A stretch of 13,447 nucleotides of DNA, taken from positions 1 through 13,447 of the forward strand of contig NW_021826161.1 in assembly GCF_006345805.1 (NCBI RefSeq), in the 5' to 3' direction. The notes under the pieces were generated by a model. It was not told where the DNA came from. It saw only the letters and a list, made by a program, of their open reading frames with translations, and did no database searches. The stretch is from Octopus sinensis (lineage: Eukaryota). Made by a program: the position numbers and the translations under genes. Shown here piece by piece: positions 8,736-13,447 of the stretch. Position 1 is the stretch's first letter, and the number at the start of each line of letters is the position of its first letter.

Positions 8736-9944
8736 TTTAGTTGAGGAATAATTCATGAGCATTTTATTTCAAATTTAAAAATGAATGCAGAAAGAAAATG
8801 CATTGGCAAAATGTTTCATGTTATTTAAAAGGGAGGTTTTATTCCTCTACAAGACAGTGTGTTCTAATTTTTTCATTTTATTGATTGTGTATTTTCAGAT
8901 CATGAAAATGGAATGTTAAGTGGACAAAACTGAGCATTTTCCACACCATTTGCTTTCTGCAATTAATCAAGGTGTTCATGCACCAAAGCCGCACATAAGA
9001 TTTTTCTTGTGTATGGAGAAGGAGCAAAGTACTGCCTGCCATTGGTTTTCATGCTTCAAAAATGGGAATTTTGACCTCAAGGACAGATCACACACCAGTC
9101 AACCAATTGAGTTTGATGAAGCATAATTTAATCAAATTCTTCACACAAATCCATGTCAAACAACTAGAGAATTGGAATAGCAGAACCACCTTCACTTAAT
9201 GGGCAAAGTTCAGAAACTCAGCGCATGGGTGCCACACACTTTGAGCAAAAACAACAAAAGTCAATGCTCCATAATCACTACTAGCTTGCTCACTAGACAT
9301 TGCTCAACACATGGTCACAAACAGTGTTTTCTTTATTGCATTGTCACAGGCAATGAAAAATGGTGCCTTTACAACATTATGAAGCAATGGAAAGAATAGC
9401 TCAGCTCTGACAAACAAGCAACTCTGTGAGCAAACAAGATCTTCGTCCTTGAAAAACCATGTTGTGTGTATAGTAGAACTGGGAAGGTACAATTACAAAC
9501 TGTTTCAACGAAAGTAAACACTCAATAAGCAACTCTACTTTCAACAGCTACACTGACTCAACAAAATAATTCAGCAAAAGAAACTGAAAAGGTAAAATGG
9601 CGTTCTTCTGCAACACAACAACACCCGTCCTCACATCACCAATATGACCAAAGCCACATTTCAAGAACTTGAATGGGAAATGCTTCCTCATCCTCCATAC
9701 TCTCTATACTCTCTTATGACCGCTTTCAAAAGCTTTGCATGATGTATTGTTCAATAACAATGTGGAATTGAGGGTTGGCTGGACAAATTCTTTGAGTCAA
9801 GACTGGGAGATTTCTATTGCCAAGGCATCAAAAAACTCATTGAATGATGGGAGGAAGTCATAAACATCAGAGTTATTAATTTGTTGTATTTTCGTTTTTT
9901 AAATAAATCTGAAAAAAACGCTCATGAATTACACCACAACCCAA
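8736..9944 (+). mobile_element. Full-length decayed mariner (Tc1/mariner superfamily) transposon
   Basis: Imperfect TIRs: left (TA)tttagttgaggaataattcatgagcattttatttc, reverse complement of right end (TA)ttgggttgtggtgtaattcatgagcgtttttttc. TA on both sides (8734-8735, 9945-9946). About 1.2 kb; host homology resumes directly after it. Confidence 0.93.
8902..9868 (+). pseudogene. Mariner transposase pseudogene
   Basis: Recognisable motifs across stops and frameshifts: MKMEC*VDKTEHF, WFSCFKNGNFDLKD, QTTREL, WVPHTL (WVPHEL), IVTGNEKW (TGDEKW), LQHNNTRPH (HDNARPH), WEMLPHPPYS (YSPDL truncated), FFES...FYCQGIKKLIE*WEEVIN. Confidence 0.92.
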
Positions 9945-10474
9945 TACATACATAGACACAATCATACATACACAGAAATACATGAATATCTATATAGATG
10001 TATGTTTCATATGTATTCATGTATACATAAAAGAAAACATCCATATATAACTACATAGGTAGAGAATTAATTATCTCTATAGGAAAATAATACTTCAAGT
10101 CATAGTTTTCTATGCATCAGATCAAATAACGCATGAAGCTTTTCACAATAACATAGAGACTGAGTACAATATACACATGTGTAATTTTTAGTTAAATAGA
10201 GAAGATTCTTGTAAAATTCAGTATAATGTTCTTTAATCAAAATTCTTTGAATGAAATGTTAGCTTCTTTTCAAAAGTATGCAAGGAATAGCATACATTAG
10301 ATAAGTGGAAATTGGTAAAATTTCATCTTTAACTTTAATGAATGTCATTAGCAGTGTATGCAGATAACAATAGAATCCAAAATTATTTCAATGCATATAA
10401 TGTAAATAAATCAAATGGATCCTCATCCATTAAAATTTTCTATCATTATTATTATTATATATGCATATGGCGCT

Positions 10475-10610
10475 ATGTCTTTTCGTCCAACATTACTTTG
10501 TCAAATGTCTTTTCGTCCAACATCACTTTGTCAAATATCTTTTCATCCACATCTTTTGGTCTGATGTCTTTTTGTCCGATGATTTTTTTGCCCAATGATA
10601 TTTTGTTCAA
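10475..10610. repeat. Minisatellite of ~15-bp subunits forming a 30-bp higher-order repeat
   Basis: atgtcttttcgtcca|acattactttgtcaa|atgtcttttcgtcca|acatcactttgtcaa|atatcttttcatcc|acatcttttggtctg|atgtctttttgtccg|atgatttttttgccc|... Confidence 0.85.
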
Positions 10611-11024
10611 TTTTAAATAGGTAAAATATCTCTAATGATATATTCACAAAACTATAACAAGCTTCATTATAGGATTGTTATTATCATTCTTTTTCCTTCT
10701 CTGTTAACAGTTTTACTTTCTCTTTTTCCTTCTCTCTCTTAAATATGGTGCTGTATATAGAGAGTGCTGCAAATTTAGTGTACACATTTTTAATTTACCC
10801 ATCCCAAAATGACAAAATCCATAGCATTGAGCAAAAACAAAAGAAAAGTAGTTGATGAAAATAATTACATCTACAATTTTCATTCAACCAATATAAAACT
10901 AGGAAAAGAATACTGGGTATGAGAGAAAAGAAGGCTGTGTTCAGTATGACTTCACACAGTGAAAACAATGAGCCAAAAATTATTTTTTATTCTAGTGAGC
11001 ACCTTCATCAGGCTGATGTAGATT

Positions 11025-11118
11025 CATGCATGCATGCATGTATGAATGTATGGGGTGTGTGTGTGTGTGTGGCTGGCTGGCTGGCTGGATCAATAGATAG
11101 ATAGACAGACAGACAGAT
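11025..11118. repeat. Compound microsatellite (CATG)n-(TG)n-(GGCT)n-(GATA)n-(GACA)n
   Basis: Directly visible adjacent short tandem tracts. Confidence 0.9.
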
Positions 11119-11503
11119 ATGTATGGATATAAAGATATGTGAAGGTATGTAGGGATATGTACATTTAATAATTTGAATAATTTTAAATAAATTACATATA
11201 CATAAACACACTATGATGAAATTAAATAAATTAAAGTAAATGTATGAATCAACTTTAAAGTTAAATGTACACTCACCAAATGAAGGAAACCACTGATTAA
11301 AATCTAGCCCTCTACATGTGATACATAGAGAATCATACCCCCATTAAATAGATACAATTAATTTACTAAAAATACATATTAACTGGAAATAAAACTAATA
11401 CACCTCGAAAATAAAAGAAATAATGAATTGTGCCATGAATTGAAATTCTCATAATTTAATCATAAATAGAAATGAAGTAGGTAGATTTGGATACTGAAAA
11501 GAT

Positions 11504-11524
11504 TATATATATATATATATATAT
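11504..11524. repeat. (TA)n microsatellite
   Basis: Directly visible. Confidence 0.9.
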
Positions 11525-12235
11525 TGTATAGTTTTTTTCCATTCAACTGGCAAGTAGGTAGGGAGTAAAACAAAGAATATAGACTATAAAAAAAAACAAC
11601 ATAAATTCTTTTAGGTGAATGGTAGTATTTGACCTAAATTCTATGGGACAACACTAGCCACTGTCCTGCTGGTGGTGAAACTTTAACTTTTGCTATTTTT
11701 AGAACTGAATTCCAAAGACAAACTGATGCACACACATACATAGAAAGACACAAGGACAATTTAGTTTCAATACTAACACACACTTACACACAAAAAAGAT
11801 GCAAGCTGCTATCTTAGTCTACAATGAACATTCTATTTATTAGGAAGTAATAGAGAATATGTTGATTTTTGCCCTCAAGAGATATTTACCTTTTAGGTTC
11901 ATAATGCAATTATTAATTGTAAAATGAATGAAGGTAGACACTGGAACAATTATAGGCCTTACGTAATCAACAGTTATGTAAATAAATTGATTTTGCTGTA
12001 TTCAAGCGCACCATTTTCTTTATATCATACAACTGCAATTATGTTCACGTATATCAAATCAGATGAAAACATCTATATGGACTACTCGAACTTCATTATG
12101 TGTATAGTACTAGTGTCAAATAAATACTAACATGGAGAAACAGATTCCACAAAATTCACAGAGATATGGAGAAACTAGTGGAAGCTTTGATGTAAGACAT
12201 CCCTAGAAGAAGCATCTATTTCTTTACAAAACCTC

Positions 12236-12265
12236 ATATATATATATATATTTATATATATATAT
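12236..12265. repeat. Interrupted (AT)n microsatellite
   Basis: Directly visible, one T interruption. Confidence 0.9.
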
Positions 12266-12528
12266 CCATCTAGGATATATTCCATCTCATACACAGATTT
12301 TTTTCAATTAATATTTTTTTAACTAAACACTGTGAAACTTCAGATAGTAGTAGAATATATCACATAGAACAGGGTTTGCTCTTAACATTTTGGCCAAAAT
12401 TTTGTATTTTAGAAGTTAAAGTCGTTGTATTTGGTAATTTTAACCAATCAATTATGTGTATCCAGCAGAAGAAAATTACTGCCGCTGTTCATGAACAACA
12501 TATTCCGGGACCATTGACAAAACGATGG

Positions 12529-12990
12529 ATCATCATCATCATCATTTAACATCCGCTTTCCATGCTAGCATAGGTTGGACGATTTGACTGAGGGCTGGCG
12601 AACCGGAGGGCTGCACCAGGCACCAATCTTGATCTGGCAGAGTTTCTACAGCTTGATGCCCTTCCTAACGCCAACCACTCCATGAAAATAGTAGGTGCTT
12701 TTATGTGCCAGTCAAACGGTACTGGCAACGACCTTGCAAAAAGCTTTTTATAAATGCAACCGGCAGAGGTGCCAGTAAGGTGATGCTGGTAACAATCAAT
12801 CTCAAATGGTGCCTTTTATATGCCACCAACACGGAAACCAGTTAGCTACTCCGGCAACGATCAGGCTCGGATGGTGCTCTAAGCACCATACTAAGAGGTG
12901 GCACAAGGGTCAGGAAGGCAACGCTGATAACGATCACACTCGAATAATGCCTTTTATGTGCCATTGGCGCGTAAGCCGGTTGGCCGCTCT
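12529..12990 (-). mobile_element. 5'-truncated non-LTR retroposon (SINE or RTE-related 3' end) with (TGA)n tail
   Basis: Minus strand reads ...GGTTGGCGTTAGGAAGGGCATC...CGTCCAACCTATGCTAGCATGGAAAGCGGATGTTAAA(TGA)n, a tail I recognise as a very common octopus repeat. GC is higher than in the flanks. No tRNA head or ORF is seen, and the 5' boundary is approximate. Confidence 0.75.
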
Positions 12991-13447
12991 GTCAACGAAC
13001 AGATATTTATAAAAAAAGACGAACCTACGTAACATCAACGATGTCGAAAACACCAGAAACAACATTCATTATTCTTTTACAATGTTGTAATCAAGCATAA
13101 TCTTTCAAATACACGAAAAACTTTAAATATCCAAGTGCAAAAAGTAATGCCGCTTGTTAAAACACAGCACAATGCTTAAATTTCAATAACTTTCACCGAC
13201 ATACTTATCATTTAAATTGTCTCACGTGGAGCATATATCAGATTGCTCATTAAACCAGCATTTATTCATAAGTATTTCTTTTTCTCATCATGTTTCTTGT
13301 GAATTAACTCACCATATTTTCACACTTTTTCTGTCCTTTCAGACAATTCACACACTGTGTCCATGTAAACGACAAACAGGAATACTTCAGAACTACGCAA
13401 TTGTTTCTACATGCATTCATTGCTGCATATACACACACGTGACATCA

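Larger units (their letters stand above)
7970..10460. repeat. Second old diverged unit, interrupted by mariner
   Basis: 7970-8735 aligns to unit positions 1-~788. After the transposon, 9947-~10310 aligns to ~789-1135 (aaatgttagcttcttttcaaaagtatgcaaggaata vs aaatgttagtttcccttcaaaattatgcaaggaata). A last weaker anchor is cctcatcca near 10420. Confidence 0.85.

Noticed and set aside
8920-9399. Mariner ORFs 8920-9126 and 9199-9399 as an active or domesticated transposase
   Set aside because: Multiple stops, frameshifts, deletions and loss of the catalytic aspartates.
10475-10610. Short regularly spaced repeats as a CRISPR array
   Set aside because: Subunits are contiguous with no unique spacers, there are no cas genes, and the context is eukaryotic.
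10342-10620. ORF with repeated VFSSNITLSN peptide
   Set aside because: It is read-through of the 30-bp minisatellite with no other evidence of coding.
12546-13012. ORFs 12546-12728 and 12806-13012
   Set aside because: They lie inside the GC-richer retroposon fragment and show no reverse transcriptase or endonuclease motifs.

Overview
AT-rich eukaryotic genomic DNA, most likely an octopus (inferred from two interspersed repeats resembling abundant octopus retroposon families). No prokaryotic features are present. Most of the window is part of one minus-strand, intron-containing gene for a multi-VWA (von Willebrand factor A) extracellular protein of the collagen VI/matrilin-like type. The gene is built from a tandemly amplified cassette of three phase 1-1 exons: a 570-nt VWA exon, a 57-nt linker exon and a 45-nt linker exon (224 aa per repeat). 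Two young, ~99% identical 3.15-kb units (1-3150, 3151-6308, plus the start of a third) are followed by two old, diverged units. One old unit has lost its VWA exon by a ~1.9-kb deletion and carries a tRNA-derived SINE and a perfect 59-bp piece of the VWA exon in an intron. The other carries a decayed mariner transposon at almost the same position where its neighbour's deletion begins. The last ~3 kb has no exon I can support and contains a 15/30-bp minisatellite, microsatellites and a retroposon fragment. Nearly all other ORFs in the supplied track appear spurious. I see no new enzymatic or defence system; the interest is exon-cassette birth and death captured at several stages. All alignments and counts were done by eye.
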